Shown: positions 37,602 to 50,390, counted from the first letter of the stretch. The stretch: 63,435 nucleotides of DNA from Deltaproteobacteria bacterium (GCA_026992735.1 JALWYO010000055.1:1-63435), one strand, 5' to 3'. Made by a program: numbers and translations. The notes: a model not told the origin generated them from the sequence alone.

Positions 37602-39155
37602 ATGACTCAATCCCACATGCAGAATATCCTTGTACTTGACTTCGGATCCCAGACCACCCAGCTTATTGCCAGGAGGGTCAGGGAAGAGCAGGTTTACTGC
37701 GAGATACACCCCTTCAACATAGATATAAAAGAGATAAAGGCCATGGCCCCCAGGGGCATTATTCTATCAGGCGGCCCATCCAGCGTGTACGACAGAGATG
37801 CCCCGAAAATTTCCACGGAGCTGTTCGACCTGGGCATACCAGTCCTGGGCATATGCTACGGCATGCAGCTGACAACCATGCTTCTTGGGGGAATTGTAGA
37901 AAAAAGCGACAGGCGGGAATACGGCCATGCCAGGCTGATAATAGATGATCCGGATAAAATCTTTTACGGCCTTGCAGAAAAAGAGGTAGGGCACCAGGTA
38001 TGGATGAGCCACGGGGACCGGGTCGAAAAACTGGCTCCTGGCTTCAAAATCATTGCCCACAGTGAATCATGTCCGGTTGCTGCCATGGCCCATGAGAGCA
38101 GGCCTATCTACGGAGTACAGTTTCATCCCGAGGTAGCACATACCGAGATAGGCATGGATGTGCTTGACAATTTCTTGTTCAGGGTCTGCTCCTGCACGCC
38201 TGACTGGAACATGAGCTCTTTCGTGTCATCCTCGATAGAAGCAATCAGAGAGAAGGTTGGAAATGGCAGGGTCATATGTGCTCTGTCCGGCGGGGTGGAC
38301 TCCACTGTCACCGCCCTGCTGATCAACAGGGCCATAGGATCAAGGCTCACCTGTATCTTTGTAAACAACGGCCTTCTTAGAAAAAATGAACCCGAAGTGG
38401 TATTGGCGTTTCTCAAGCAGTTTGGCCTGAACGTGGTATTCGTGGACGCAGAAGAACGGTTTTTGTCAAAGCTGCACGGCATTTCAGACCCTGAGAAGAA
38501 GAGAAAGATAATCGGCCAGGAGTTTATAAAGGTATTTGAGGAAGAGGCATCCAGAATCGGCCAGGTGGATTTTCTTGCACAAGGCACACTCTATCCAGAT
38601 GTTATAGAGAGTGTCTCCTTCAAGGGTCCTTCTGCAACCATAAAAAGCCATCACAATGTTGGCGGCCTGCCTGATGTGATGAAGCTGGAACTCATAGAGC
38701 CCCTGAGAGAACTATTCAAGGACGAGGTCAGGAAAGTGGCCGAAGAGCTGGGCATGCCCCATGAGCTGGTGAACAGGCATCCGTTTCCCGGTCCCGGCCT
38801 TGCAATAAGGATACTCGGCGAGATAACCAGGGAACGCCTCGACATCCTCAGGGAAGCGGATGCGCTGGTGCTGGAAGAAATGAAGACATCGAACTGGTAC
38901 TGGAAGGTCTGGCAGGCCTTTGCCGTCCTCCTGCCAATACGCACTGTAGGAGTAATGGGAGATGAAAGAACCTATGACCACGTGGTTGCAATCCGAGTGG
39001 TGGACAGCCTGGATGCAATGACTGCGGACTGGTCCAAGCTGCCCTATGACCTGCTTGGACGCATGTCCAACAGGATTATAAACGAGGTCAAGGGAGTAAA
39101 CAGGGTCTGCTATGACATCAGTTCCAAGCCTCCTGCAACTATTGAATGGGAATAA
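37602..39155 (+). CDS. guaA: GMP synthase (glutamine-hydrolysing)
   Basis: GATase domain GICYGMQ, PP-loop SGGVDSTV, and the canonical C-terminus ...KPPATIEWE. Confidence 0.97.
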   Translation: MTQSHMQNILVLDFGSQTTQLIARRVREEQVYCEIHPFNIDIKEIKAMAPRGIILSGGPSSVYDRDAPKISTELFDLGIPVLGICYGMQLTTMLLGGIVEKSDRREYGHARLIIDDPDKIFYGLAEKEVGHQVWMSHGDRVEKLAPGFKIIAHSESCPVAAMAHESRPIYGVQFHPEVAHTEIGMDVLDNFLFRVCSCTPDWNMSSFVSSSIEAIREKVGNGRVICALSGGVDSTVTALLINRAIGSRLTCIFVNNGLLRKNEPEVVLAFLKQFGLNVVFVDAEERFLSKLHGISDPEKKRKIIGQEFIKVFEEEASRIGQVDFLAQGTLYPDVIESVSFKGPSATIKSHHNVGGLPDVMKLELIEPLRELFKDEVRKVAEELGMPHELVNRHPFPGPGLAIRILGEITRERLDILREADALVLEEMKTSNWYWKVWQAFAVLLPIRTVGVMGDERTYDHVVAIRVVDSLDAMTADWSKLPYDLLGRMSNRIINEVKGVNRVCYDISSKPPATIEWE

Positions 39156-39166
39156 ACGGTAATAAT

Positions 39167-42100
39167 ATGGCGAAATTTACGCACCTGCACCTACACACCG
39201 AATACAGCCTGCTGGATGGCGCCATAAGGCTGAAGGATCTGTTTCCAAGGGCAAAAGAATACGGATATGGCAGTCTTGCCATTACGGATCACGGTGGCAT
39301 GTACGGGGTCCTGAAGTTCTACCAGCAGGCCATCAAGGCCGGCATAAAACCCCTTATCGGCTGTGAGATATATGTCGCACCCGGCCACCGGAAGGACAAG
39401 AGCGCCCGCAACCAGAGTGAAGCAGCCTACCACCTGGTACTTCTGGCAATGAACAATACCGGCTATAAAAACCTGCTTAAACTCGTAACACTGGCCAATT
39501 TTGAAGGCTTCTACTACAAGCCCAGGGTGGACAAGGAACTGCTGACCGAACTCAACCAGGGAATAATAGCCCTGTCTGCCTGCCTCCATGGCGAAGTTGC
39601 ACATGCCTTTCTCAAACACGATGAAAAGAAGGCAAGGGCGCTGGCAGAAACCTATGCGAGCATATTCAAGGACAGGTTTTACCTGGAACTCCAGGAAAAC
39701 GGCATACCGGAGCAGGACGAGGTGAACAAGGCGCTCCTCTCCCTTGGAAAGACCCTTGGCATTCCTGTGGTAGCCACGAATGACTGCCATTACCTGAACA
39801 GGGAAGATGCAGAGGCCCACGACGTTCTGTTGTGCATCCAGACAGGCAGGACCGTGAATGACCCCAAACGGATGAAACTCTCAACGGACAAACTGTTCTT
39901 TGCAGATCAGGATGAGATGCTGTCCAGGTTCTCATGGTGCCCGGAAGCCATAGCAGCTACAGACGAAATTGCGTCCATGTGCCAGGTAGATATAGAGACC
40001 GGCAAGCACCACTTTCCGGTGTTCAGGATGGAATCCAGCCTTTCCTACGAAGAAGAATTTGAAAAACGCGCAAGGCAGGGCTTTGAGGAAAGGCTTGCCA
40101 TACAAAAATGCATACGGGAACATGAGGAAGTTTACAGGGAGAGATTCCAGGAAGAAATTGATATTATTAAGGAAAAGGGCTTCGCATCCTATTTTCTCAT
40201 AGTCGCTGACTTCATAAATTGGGCAAAGGAACAGGGCATACCAGTGGGGCCTGGCAGGGGTTCTGCCGCTGGTTCTCTTGTGGCATACAGCATGAAGATC
40301 ACGGATATTGATCCTGTGAAATACGGCCTGTTTTTCGAGCGGTTCCTGAATGCGGAGCGGGTGTCCCTGCCGGATATCGACGTTGACTTCTGCATGTCCA
40401 GGAGGGACGAGGTCATAAAATACGTGACCGGGCGTTATGGCGGCGATGACCACGTGGCCCAGATCATTACATTTGGCCAGATGAAGGCCAAGGCTGTCAT
40501 AAGGGATGTTGGCAGGGGCCTTGGCATGCCTTTCCAGGATGTAGACCGGATTGCCAAGCTCGTGCCTGACAGGTTGAACATCAGCCTGGAAGATGCAATA
40601 AAGATGGAGCCGCAGCTAAAAGAACTCCAAAAAAAAGAGCCGCAGGTCGCAAAACTCCTGACCATAGCCAAATCCCTGGAAGGGCTTCAGAGACACTCAT
40701 CCACGCATGCGGCAGGCGTGGTCATCTCTGACAAGCCCATGATGGAATACCTGCCACTGACCAAAGGGCAGGAAGGCGAAACCGTTACCCAGTTCGACAT
40801 GAAGGACGTGGAAAAAGTCGGACTCATAAAGTTTGACTTCCTTGGCCTCAAGACCCTGACTGTCATAGACACTGCACTGAAACTCATAGAGCAGCACTAC
40901 GGAGAAAAAATCGACATCTCCAACATAGACCTGGACGACAGAGAGACCTTTAACCTGCTCTCCGAGGGAGACACCACAGGGGTATTCCAGCTTGAAAGCT
41001 CGGGCATGAAGTCGCTCATTCGCAGGATGCGCCCCACGGCATTCTCGGACCTCATAGCCCTGGTGGCGCTTTACAGGCCCGGCCCCCTGGAAAGCGGCAT
41101 GGTGGACGACTTTGTCAGGAGAAAACACGGAGAGGTAGAGGTGGAGTACCTCCTTCCAGAGCTGGAGCCCATCCTGAAAGAGACATACGGGGTAATAGTT
41201 TACCAGGAACAGGTAATGAAGATAGCACAGGTCCTGGCGGGATACAGCCTGGGCGAGGGCGACCTGCTCAGAAGGGCCATGGGCAAAAAGATACCGGAAG
41301 TCATGGAGGCCCAGAAAGAGCGGTTTATGAAAGGTGCGAAGGAAAAGAGCATCCCTCTGGACAAGGCCGAGACCATTTTCGACCTGATGGCAAAGTTTGC
41401 AGGATACGGATTCAACAAGAGCCACTCTGCGGCCTACGCCATGATTTCATACCAGACCGCATGGCTCAAGGCACATTACAGGGTGCCCTTCATGGCATCC
41501 CTGCTGACCAATGAGCTGGGCAGCACGGACGGTGTGGTAAAATTCCTGTCAGAATGCCGCGCCAGCAACATCGAGGTGCTGCCGCCTGACATAAATTCCA
41601 GCCGCACGGACTTCATCATTGAAGAGAACACCATTCGTTTCGGCCTTGCTGCAGTAAAAAACGTGGGATCAGCAGCCATCGACATCATAACGGCAGAAAG
41701 GGACAAAAATGGCCCGTTTAAGAGCCTCGAAGACTTTGTCTCCAGGGTTGACCTTAGAAAGGTCAATAAACGGGTCATGGAAAGCCTGATAATGTGCGGG
41801 GCATTTGACTGTTTCGGGCTAAAACGCTCACAGATGATGGAGGTTGTAGAAGACGCCATAAATTACGGGCACGCCAAGCAGAAAGACAGGAGCATGGGCC
41901 AGAAAAGCCTGTTTGACATCATGCCTTCCGAGGATGCCGGCAATATTTCCTCATTCAAGATACCGGAGATGGAAGAATGGCCGGAAATGGAACGCCTTGC
42001 CCGCGAAAAGGCTACCCTCGGCTTCTACATAAGCGGCCATCCACTGGACCAGTTCAGGGACGAGCTTTCAAGGCTCTCAGCACTCAACACGGAAAATCTT

Positions 42101-42652
42101 TCCAATGTTCCTGACGGCTCCAGGGCAGATATTGCCGGCACTGTAAGGATCAAGAAGGAAAAGATAACCAAGAACAAGGACAAGATGGCATTCCTGGTCC
42201 TGGAAGACCTGCATGGTTCTGTGGAAGTACTGTGTTTTTCAAGGGTCTATGAAGCCTATCAAAATGTGATTAACAGCGAAAAACCCCTGTACGTGGAGGG
42301 AATTGTCAAGAAAGAAGGAGGTCCCAAGACAGACAACATCACCTGCAAACTGGTAGCTGAAAAGATATGGCTGCTGGAAGATATATGCAAGAAACGCACA
42401 ACCGGCGTAAGCATAGAACTGAAATCGGACATGGTGGGGCCAGCCATGCTCCCGCCCTTAAAGGACGTGATACTCAGGAACCGGGGCAGGTACCCTGTCA
42501 GCATAAAAGTTACGGTTCCAGGCAAGGGAATTGTCCAGTTGAGCCTGCCTGATAATTACAATGTGGATATCAACCCAGAAATTACAGAAACGATAAACAG
42601 CCTTGTTGGCTATCCTGCATTCAGGCCGGAATTTGAACAGAACACGCATTAG
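39167..42652 (+). CDS. dnaE: DNA polymerase III alpha subunit
   Basis: PHP domain FTHLHLHTEYSLLDG, PDIDVDF, GYGFNKSHSAAY and an OB fold near the C-terminus. ATG 39167 was chosen. Confidence 0.97.
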   Translation: MAKFTHLHLHTEYSLLDGAIRLKDLFPRAKEYGYGSLAITDHGGMYGVLKFYQQAIKAGIKPLIGCEIYVAPGHRKDKSARNQSEAAYHLVLLAMNNTGYKNLLKLVTLANFEGFYYKPRVDKELLTELNQGIIALSACLHGEVAHAFLKHDEKKARALAETYASIFKDRFYLELQENGIPEQDEVNKALLSLGKTLGIPVVATNDCHYLNREDAEAHDVLLCIQTGRTVNDPKRMKLSTDKLFFADQDEMLSRFSWCPEAIAATDEIASMCQVDIETGKHHFPVFRMESSLSYEEEFEKRARQGFEERLAIQKCIREHEEVYRERFQEEIDIIKEKGFASYFLIVADFINWAKEQGIPVGPGRGSAAGSLVAYSMKITDIDPVKYGLFFERFLNAERVSLPDIDVDFCMSRRDEVIKYVTGRYGGDDHVAQIITFGQMKAKAVIRDVGRGLGMPFQDVDRIAKLVPDRLNISLEDAIKMEPQLKELQKKEPQVAKLLTIAKSLEGLQRHSSTHAAGVVISDKPMMEYLPLTKGQEGETVTQFDMKDVEKVGLIKFDFLGLKTLTVIDTALKLIEQHYGEKIDISNIDLDDRETFNLLSEGDTTGVFQLESSGMKSLIRRMRPTAFSDLIALVALYRPGPLESGMVDDFVRRKHGEVEVEYLLPELEPILKETYGVIVYQEQVMKIAQVLAGYSLGEGDLLRRAMGKKIPEVMEAQKERFMKGAKEKSIPLDKAETIFDLMAKFAGYGFNKSHSAAYAMISYQTAWLKAHYRVPFMASLLTNELGSTDGVVKFLSECRASNIEVLPPDINSSRTDFIIEENTIRFGLAAVKNVGSAAIDIITAERDKNGPFKSLEDFVSRVDLRKVNKRVMESLIMCGAFDCFGLKRSQMMEVVEDAINYGHAKQKDRSMGQKSLFDIMPSEDAGNISSFKIPEMEEWPEMERLAREKATLGFYISGHPLDQFRDELSRLSALNTENLSNVPDGSRADIAGTVRIKKEKITKNKDKMAFLVLEDLHGSVEVLCFSRVYEAYQNVINSEKPLYVEGIVKKEGGPKTDNITCKLVAEKIWLLEDICKKRTTGVSIELKSDMVGPAMLPPLKDVILRNRGRYPVSIKVTVPGKGIVQLSLPDNYNVDINPEITETINSLVGYPAFRPEFEQNTH

Positions 42653-42655
42653 CGG

Positions 42656-42679
42656 CATTCTGTGAACACTTACAGAATG
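42656..42679 (+). repeat. Hairpin carrying the TGTGA-N4-TTACA unit, 4 nt after the dnaE stop
   Basis: CATTCTGT GAACACTT ACAGAATG forms a perfect 8-bp stem. It lies within the 101-nt spacer between convergent dnaE and polA. No T-run follows. Confidence 0.5.
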
Positions 42680-42753
42680 AGGAACGTGTACAGCAAAGCC
42701 CGGCAGAGAACCCGGTGAGCGGTTACACGCGGCTGCCGTACTGTTAACTGGCG

Positions 42754-45447
42754 TTATTTGATCTCGTCCCAGCTGTGCCCCCATCCGACAGACACCTCCA
42801 GGGGCACCAGGAGATCCACCACTCCCTCCATGACCTCCTTCAGGCACATGGCCACGGCCTCCCTCATGGATTCCGGGCATTCCACCACAAGCTCGTCATG
42901 CACCTGCAGCAGCAGCCTTGCATCAGGAACCTGCTCCCTGAACCTGCCTGCCACCTTCAGCATGGCGAGCTTGATTATATCCGCGGCACTCCCCTGGATT
43001 GGCGTATTTATGGCCGTCCTCTCCGCGAACTGCCTTGCTGCCCTGTTCCTGCTTTTTATCTCGCTGATGTATCTCCTTCTGCCGAGTATTGTCTCTACAA
43101 AGCCCTGTTTCCTTGCCCTGTCAACGATATCGCTCATAAATCGCTTCACGCCTGGGTATCTTGCGAAATAGATCTCTATGAACTCTTTGGCCTCTTTACG
43201 GCTTATGTCCAGTTCCTTGGCCAAGCCGTATGCGCTCATACCGTATATAATTCCGAAATTGACGGTCTTTGCCACCCGGCGCATCTCTGGAGTTACGAAC
43301 CCTGGCTCAACATCAAATATCTGGGCAGCTGTACGCCTGTGTATATCTTCTCCGTGCCTGAAGGCCTTAACCAGGTTTTCATCCCCTGAATAGTGTGCCA
43401 GAACCCTCAGGTCTATCTGGGAATAGTCTGCTGCCACCAGAAGATTGCCAGGCTCTGCTATGAAAAGCGCCCTTATCCTGCGCCCTTCTTCGGTTCTTAC
43501 AGGTATGTTCTGGAGATTGGGATCGCTGGAGGAAAGCCTGCCCGTGGCGGTAACGGTTTGATTGAAGGATGTATGTATGCGGCCTGTCTCCGGATTTATC
43601 TCCCTCTCAAGCCCATCCACATAGGTTGACTTCAGCTTGGATATATTCCTGTATTTTAACAGATGTTCCGGCAGGGGATGCAGCTTTGCAAGGCTTTTCA
43701 GCACCTCCACATCCGTAGAATAGCCTGTCTTTTTCCTGGTTTTCTTGAGCTGTGGCAGATTCAGCTCCTGGAAAAGCACTTCTGCCAGCTGTTTTGGTGA
43801 ATTTATATTGAATTCATGGCCTGCCAGTTCATAGATATCTTTTCTGAGACTGTCAAGCCTGTTGGCAAATTCCTCTTTCAGGGCCAGAAGGGCCAGCCTG
43901 TCCACAAAGATACCGTTCATCTCCATTCGGGCAAGCACGGGAATCAGCGGGATCTCCACCCTGTGATACAGATCCCACAGGCCCTTTTCACGGAGTTCAT
44001 GATGAAATCTGTCCTTGACAAGGCCTGTGACATGCACGTCTTCACATGAATATTCCATGGCCTTTTCCACTGGCACGTGTGCGAAATTCTGCCTCCTGGA
44101 CAGGCCCTTTGTAACCTCCTTGTAGGATATCATCTTGTGACCCAGGATGTCCCTGGCTATCTCATCCAGGTTGTGCCTCCTCCTGGTAGGGTCTAGAAGA
44201 TAGGATGCAATCATGGTATCACCCGTAATCGCATTCATCTTCAAACCATTCCTGGACAGAACTATGCAATCATATTTTATATTCTGCCCAATCTTGCCAG
44301 GACTGGAGGCCTCCAGCAGGGGAGCCAGGCACCTCCTGACCGCCTCTATGGAAAGCTGTGGCTTATGTGTCTTGTGCCCAACAGGGATATAGACAGCCTC
44401 TGGAGGCTTGAAGCAAAGACTGATGCCCACCAGCTCTGCCTCCATCGGCCTCCGGCTGGTGGTTTCTGTATCTATCACCAGCTCGTCTGCGCCCTTATGC
44501 GCCTCTATCCATGCAGTCAGTTCTTCCTCGGTCCTGATAGCCCTGTAGCTGTCATAGGAAAGGACCCTTCTGGAAGAAACCATGGGAATCAGGCTCTCGA
44601 AATCCAGTTCCCTGAACAGAGCCAGCAGGGCCTTTTCGTCTGCCTCTCTCCTGCGGTATGCCTCGGGATATGTTTCCACAGGTACATTGTCATCCAGGGC
44701 CGTCAGCCTCTTCCACAGAGCAAGCATTTCCGCGCCATCCTGAAGCCTTTCCTTAAGCTTGCTTTTCTTAAGGCTGTCCAGCTTGCCAAGCAGTGCATCC
44801 ACGGAACCATGTTCTCTGATAAGCTTCAGGGCTGTCTTGGGCCCCACACCCTGGATGCCTGGAATATTGTCTGCAGTATCTCCTGAAAGGCTGAGCACAT
44901 CCCCAAACTGTCTGGGACTGATACCATACTTTTTTGTAAAGGCAGAAAGATCTATAATCTCGTCTTTCATTGGGTCCCAGATGACAACCTTGTCAGAAAT
45001 TAGCTGGAGCAGATCCTTGTCCCCTGAGACAATGACAACCTTCCGGCCGGATTCTTCCGAAAATCTTCTGGCCAGTGTGGCGATGATATCATCTGCCTCA
45101 TATCCTTGAAGCTCAAGCTGCTCCATGCCCAGGGCATTAACAAGCTGCCTGACATAGGGCACCTGCTGGGCAAGATCCTCGGGCATAGGCGGCCTGTTGG
45201 CCTTGTAGTCCGGGTAGAGCTTATGCCTAAAGGTAGGGCCCTTGGCATCCCAGGCCACTGCCACGAATTCAGGAGATTTCTCCCTGAGTATCTTGAGAAG
45301 CATATTCGTAATGACATACACGGCCCTGGTGGGAACACCTTTGGAGCTGGTAAATTCCCTCTGCGTGGAAAAAAATGCCCTGTAAAGATAAGAACTTCCA
45401 TCTATAAGATATATAGGTGGGTCATCTTTTTTCTCCATGGATACCAT
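42754..45447 (-). CDS. polA: DNA polymerase I
   Basis: 5'-nuclease domain YLIDGSSYLYRAFF, 3'-5' exonuclease VIDTETTS, and polymerase motifs DYSQIDLRVLAH and QVHDELVVE. Confidence 0.97.
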   Translation of the reverse strand: MVSMEKKDDPPIYLIDGSSYLYRAFFSTQREFTSSKGVPTRAVYVITNMLLKILREKSPEFVAVAWDAKGPTFRHKLYPDYKANRPPMPEDLAQQVPYVRQLVNALGMEQLELQGYEADDIIATLARRFSEESGRKVVIVSGDKDLLQLISDKVVIWDPMKDEIIDLSAFTKKYGISPRQFGDVLSLSGDTADNIPGIQGVGPKTALKLIREHGSVDALLGKLDSLKKSKLKERLQDGAEMLALWKRLTALDDNVPVETYPEAYRRREADEKALLALFRELDFESLIPMVSSRRVLSYDSYRAIRTEEELTAWIEAHKGADELVIDTETTSRRPMEAELVGISLCFKPPEAVYIPVGHKTHKPQLSIEAVRRCLAPLLEASSPGKIGQNIKYDCIVLSRNGLKMNAITGDTMIASYLLDPTRRRHNLDEIARDILGHKMISYKEVTKGLSRRQNFAHVPVEKAMEYSCEDVHVTGLVKDRFHHELREKGLWDLYHRVEIPLIPVLARMEMNGIFVDRLALLALKEEFANRLDSLRKDIYELAGHEFNINSPKQLAEVLFQELNLPQLKKTRKKTGYSTDVEVLKSLAKLHPLPEHLLKYRNISKLKSTYVDGLEREINPETGRIHTSFNQTVTATGRLSSSDPNLQNIPVRTEEGRRIRALFIAEPGNLLVAADYSQIDLRVLAHYSGDENLVKAFRHGEDIHRRTAAQIFDVEPGFVTPEMRRVAKTVNFGIIYGMSAYGLAKELDISRKEAKEFIEIYFARYPGVKRFMSDIVDRARKQGFVETILGRRRYISEIKSRNRAARQFAERTAINTPIQGSAADIIKLAMLKVAGRFREQVPDARLLLQVHDELVVECPESMREAVAMCLKEVMEGVVDLLVPLEVSVGWGHSWDEIK

Positions 45448-45591
45448 CCTGCTGTAAATTATAGGAACTTCTGAAAAAGATTGCTGTGAAACGCCATTGG
45501 AACGGTTTGACTTTTAACAACAGGTTAAGTATCCTGCCCGGTTGGAAAAGTAAAGGGGATATCTGCTTGCAATAACCAGGAGCATATATAA

Positions 45592-46959
<1,368 letters not shown>

Positions 46960-46994
46960 GAAGCAGTTATACAGGGATATATGCATCCTGCTCT

Positions 46995-48137
46995 GTGAAC
47001 GATGACGGATCAATAGCACTGAAAACCGGTTACAGGCAGAAACTATGGCCCGATGTTTCCGCCAGGGACTGGGCTGACTACAGGTGGCAGCTTGCCAACA
47101 GGCTCCACGGGGCTGCTGATCTCTCGAGGCTGCTTGGACTTGGCGGAAGTGAGTTCCAGCCGTTCGAGAGATGTATCAGCAAGTACAGGTGGGCTGTCAC
47201 ACCTTATTACCTGTCCCTGATTGAAGAAGAAAACCTGCTCTCTGATCCTATTGGACGCCAGTTCATCCCTGACCCCAGGGAGATCACTGTCAAGAGTCAA
47301 CTCTCGTCTGCAGATCCCCTTCACGAACACAACTACAGCCCTGTCAAGGGCCTTATTCACCGGTACAGGGACAGGGCATTGATCCTGGCCTGGCCATCGT
47401 GCTCCTGCTACTGCAGGCACTGCAACAGGAAACGTACATGGAAACAACCGGAATCCGTGCCAGCGAAGAAGGAGGCCTGGCGAGCGATTTTCCATTACAT
47501 CAAAGAACATACCGAGATACGGGAAATCCTACTCTCAGGCGGAGACCCTCTCCTGATGCCCCTTGACAGACTGGAAAGCATACTCAAGAAGCTCAAGGAC
47601 ATAAAAAATGTCAAGGTTCTGAGGATAGGAACAAGGCTGCCTGTTGTCCTGCCAATGGCCATCACGCACAAGCTGTGCAGGATGCTCAGCAGATACAGGC
47701 CGTTGTGGCTGAACACGCATTTCAACCATCCCCGGGAAATCACCCATCAGGCCAGGCAGGCATGCGAAAGACTCCAGGAGGCAGGAATCCCGGTCTCCAA
47801 CCAGAGCGTGCTCCTCAAGGGCATAAATGACGATATTTCCATCATGAAGGATCTGTGCTGCAGGCTCCAGGAAATCATGGTCAGACCCTATTATCTATTT
47901 CATTGCGATTTTGTCCAGGGGACAGACCATTTCCGGACAAAAATACAAAAGGGCATTGATATAATAGATAAAATGTGGGGCCATACAGGCGGCATGTGCA
48001 TCCCTAACTACGTGGTTGACCTGCCCGCTGGCCTCGGCAAGGCAAGGGTTATGCCACCTCACATGGCAAAACTCTCAGAAAGCATGGCGCTCTTCAAAAC
48101 GTTTGAGGGAAAAACCGTCAAGTTACTCTTCCGCTGA
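46995..48137 (+). CDS. KamA-family radical SAM aminomutase (lysine 2,3-aminomutase/EpmB-like)
   Basis: CSCYCRHCNRK cluster motif, LSGGDPL and RPYYLFHCDFVQG. GTG start. Confidence 0.85.
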   Translation: MNDDGSIALKTGYRQKLWPDVSARDWADYRWQLANRLHGAADLSRLLGLGGSEFQPFERCISKYRWAVTPYYLSLIEEENLLSDPIGRQFIPDPREITVKSQLSSADPLHEHNYSPVKGLIHRYRDRALILAWPSCSCYCRHCNRKRTWKQPESVPAKKEAWRAIFHYIKEHTEIREILLSGGDPLLMPLDRLESILKKLKDIKNVKVLRIGTRLPVVLPMAITHKLCRMLSRYRPLWLNTHFNHPREITHQARQACERLQEAGIPVSNQSVLLKGINDDISIMKDLCCRLQEIMVRPYYLFHCDFVQGTDHFRTKIQKGIDIIDKMWGHTGGMCIPNYVVDLPAGLGKARVMPPHMAKLSESMALFKTFEGKTVKLLFR

Positions 48138-48148
48138 CGAAATTTAAT

Positions 48149-48328
48149 AACTTCTCAAAAGACCCGTGAGATGGAAACGTAATTCACATTTACATTATAT
48201 GACCATGAAACCACGAATAATTTATCTTAGTATCACTTCGTGTCCTTCGTGAACTTCGTGGTAAACAAGCTTTTGCTGAATTGAAATTAAATCCAAAATC
48301 ATTAGCCCTAATTTGTTGAAAAATTACG
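48149..48328 (-). repeat. Intergenic repeat family 2, copy 2 (~180 nt, inverted relative to copy 1)
   Basis: The reverse complement aligns end to end with 29469-29608 and has an extra ~30-nt insertion. It carries three perfect 9-nt-phased CACGAAG motifs. Confidence 0.8.
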
Positions 48329-48574
48329 AAAATTATGCACAACTGCTTGTTTTTTCAGGAATCCTTGCTATAATCATTTTTGTGTATTTGCAACTGGTCG
48401 CAGATATGAAGCATAACTTCTCAGTAAATCTGTGCAAATTTTTCTATATCGCTTACAGAGTGTTGCAGATACAATACGGGAGGGATGGCTGACGTTCTGT
48501 GCATCGAATGCCATAACGCAGCACAGCAGTGCCATGTGAACAGATACATGGATTTGGGTCCGGGGGGAACAAAA

Positions 48575-49321
48575 GTGAACAGGGCACCATCGAATCTTAA
48601 AGTAGCGATAATTCTATGCATGGCATTTCTTCTTGTCCCCGGCTGCGGTGACAAGGAACGAAAGCTTCCACATTACAGCCTCAAACAGATACCGCCTTTT
48701 GACCTGTCTCTTGCATATTCCAACAGCCAATGGGAGCGGGACCTCAAATACCTCTACCAGCCTCTTCCCAAACCGCTGAAAGACGCGCGCATCATCATCA
48801 ACAAGAAAAAACGCATCTTATACCTCTTTTCCGGGGACACACTCATGCGTATATACCCTGTCAATCTCGGTCCAGACCCCCTCAGGGACAAGGCCAAACA
48901 GGGAGACGGGCGCACACCTGAGGGCAAATTCTTCGTTTGCAACAAAAACCCGAGAAGTAAATACTACAAGGCACTGGGGATAAGCTATCCCTCAAAGGAA
49001 GATGCACTGAGAGGCCTTAAATACGGCCTGATTACAAAGGCCCAGTATCAGGCCATTGTCAACGCAATAAACAGGGGACAAAAGCCACCCTGGTTTACCA
49101 GGCTTGGCGGCGCTGTATGCATACACGGCGGCGGCATAGGATGGGACTGGACCAGGGGATGCATTGCCCTCAGAAATGCGGATATAAACGAACTTTTCCA
49201 GGTGGTATCAGTAGGAACTCCTATTGTCATAGTAAGCGGTATTGGGGATAACAAACAGCCAGAAGGCCAGCACATGCTGTCAAGCCTCAATAATGAACGT
49301 AAACATAAGTCCCTGGATTAG
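48575..49321 (+). CDS. L,D-transpeptidase (YkuD domain), probable lipoprotein
   Basis: YkuD catalytic region VCIHGGG...WTRGCIALRN. GTG 48575 (G-rich SD 6-12 nt upstream) gives the signal MNRAPSNLKVAIILCMAFLLVPGC. The track start is 48485. Confidence 0.8.
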   Translation: MNRAPSNLKVAIILCMAFLLVPGCGDKERKLPHYSLKQIPPFDLSLAYSNSQWERDLKYLYQPLPKPLKDARIIINKKKRILYLFSGDTLMRIYPVNLGPDPLRDKAKQGDGRTPEGKFFVCNKNPRSKYYKALGISYPSKEDALRGLKYGLITKAQYQAIVNAINRGQKPPWFTRLGGAVCIHGGGIGWDWTRGCIALRNADINELFQVVSVGTPIVIVSGIGDNKQPEGQHMLSSLNNERKHKSLD

Positions 49322-50387
49322 AACGGCGCGATTTTACCCACTTTGAACCAGTAACCTTTGGCGTGGTCCAGTTGAACAGCCACCAGGCATCCCTCGGTGC
49401 CACGTTTACACAGCCGTGCGACTGCTTAAGGCCGAAATTATCATGCCAGTAGGCGCCGTGAATGGCGTATCCCTGGAAAAAATACATATGATAGGGCACA
49501 TCCTCCAGGAAATAATAGTCCTTTCCCTTTACTCCTCCGCCCATCTTGGCCATCCTGACCTTTCCCCATATACGAAACAGGCCTGTAGGAGTATCAAAAT
49601 CAGGCAATCCGGATGATACCAGGGTAGCATAAACCATCACGTCTCCATCAATTGCCTCCAGAACCTGTTCGTAGAGATTGATATCTATCCATTTTGCCCC
49701 CGGTGGTATTCCTTCGGGCCTGACAGGCCTGGTTATCAATGCGACCCTGGTTCCATCCACCCATTTCCCCTCTGCCAGCTTCAGCCACTTCTTACCATTG
49801 ACCATCCTGGTCTCCAGGATACGAACAAGGTCATGCTTTTCCAGATCATCCCCGTTTATAAACTCCTGCTTGCCCGGGACATGAGATGTCACTGTATCCA
49901 GGACTATCCACCCACATGTGCCAGGAAGGATGGTATGGCCAAAATCCACCCCCTTGAAAGTAGAAACCGGGCGTCTTTCCAGGTTATCCGCCAGCACATA
50001 TTCACCTGGATTTACGTAATACCACCTGTAATCTCCTGCGGAAATCAGGTCCGGTGTCTCCAGGGAAACCCACAGGAAACCACCATCAAGCTTCCTGACC
50101 GGCGCCCTGCCTTCCAGGCTGGCAAGGGGAGCCGGGAATACCAGTGCAGGCTGATGCACAACATCGGCATAGTCTTTGGGCAAAATATCCCTGTGCTCGT
50201 ACCAGTGAAATGCCTTATCAGGCTTAGAGATAACATAACTGGTGGAGTTGGACGACATGCTGCCGGGCACAGAAGCAACGCCTTCGGGCTGCAGCTGACC
50301 TGCCATGGATATACCGCTACAAAAACAATACAGGGCAATAAAAAACAAAAACCATCCTGCTGCTATTAAAAAAGTATTCCTTTCCAA
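49287..50387 (-). CDS. L,D-transpeptidase-family protein with signal peptide
   Basis: C-terminal YkuD motif YAIHGAYWHDNFGLKQSHGCVNV and an N-terminal hydrophobic signal. Confidence 0.8.
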   Translation of the reverse strand: MERNTFLIAAGWFLFFIALYCFCSGISMAGQLQPEGVASVPGSMSSNSTSYVISKPDKAFHWYEHRDILPKDYADVVHQPALVFPAPLASLEGRAPVRKLDGGFLWVSLETPDLISAGDYRWYYVNPGEYVLADNLERRPVSTFKGVDFGHTILPGTCGWIVLDTVTSHVPGKQEFINGDDLEKHDLVRILETRMVNGKKWLKLAEGKWVDGTRVALITRPVRPEGIPPGAKWIDINLYEQVLEAIDGDVMVYATLVSSGLPDFDTPTGLFRIWGKVRMAKMGGGVKGKDYYFLEDVPYHMYFFQGYAIHGAYWHDNFGLKQSHGCVNVAPRDAWWLFNWTTPKVTGSKWVKSRRSNPGTYVYVHY

Positions 50388-50390
50388 GTT

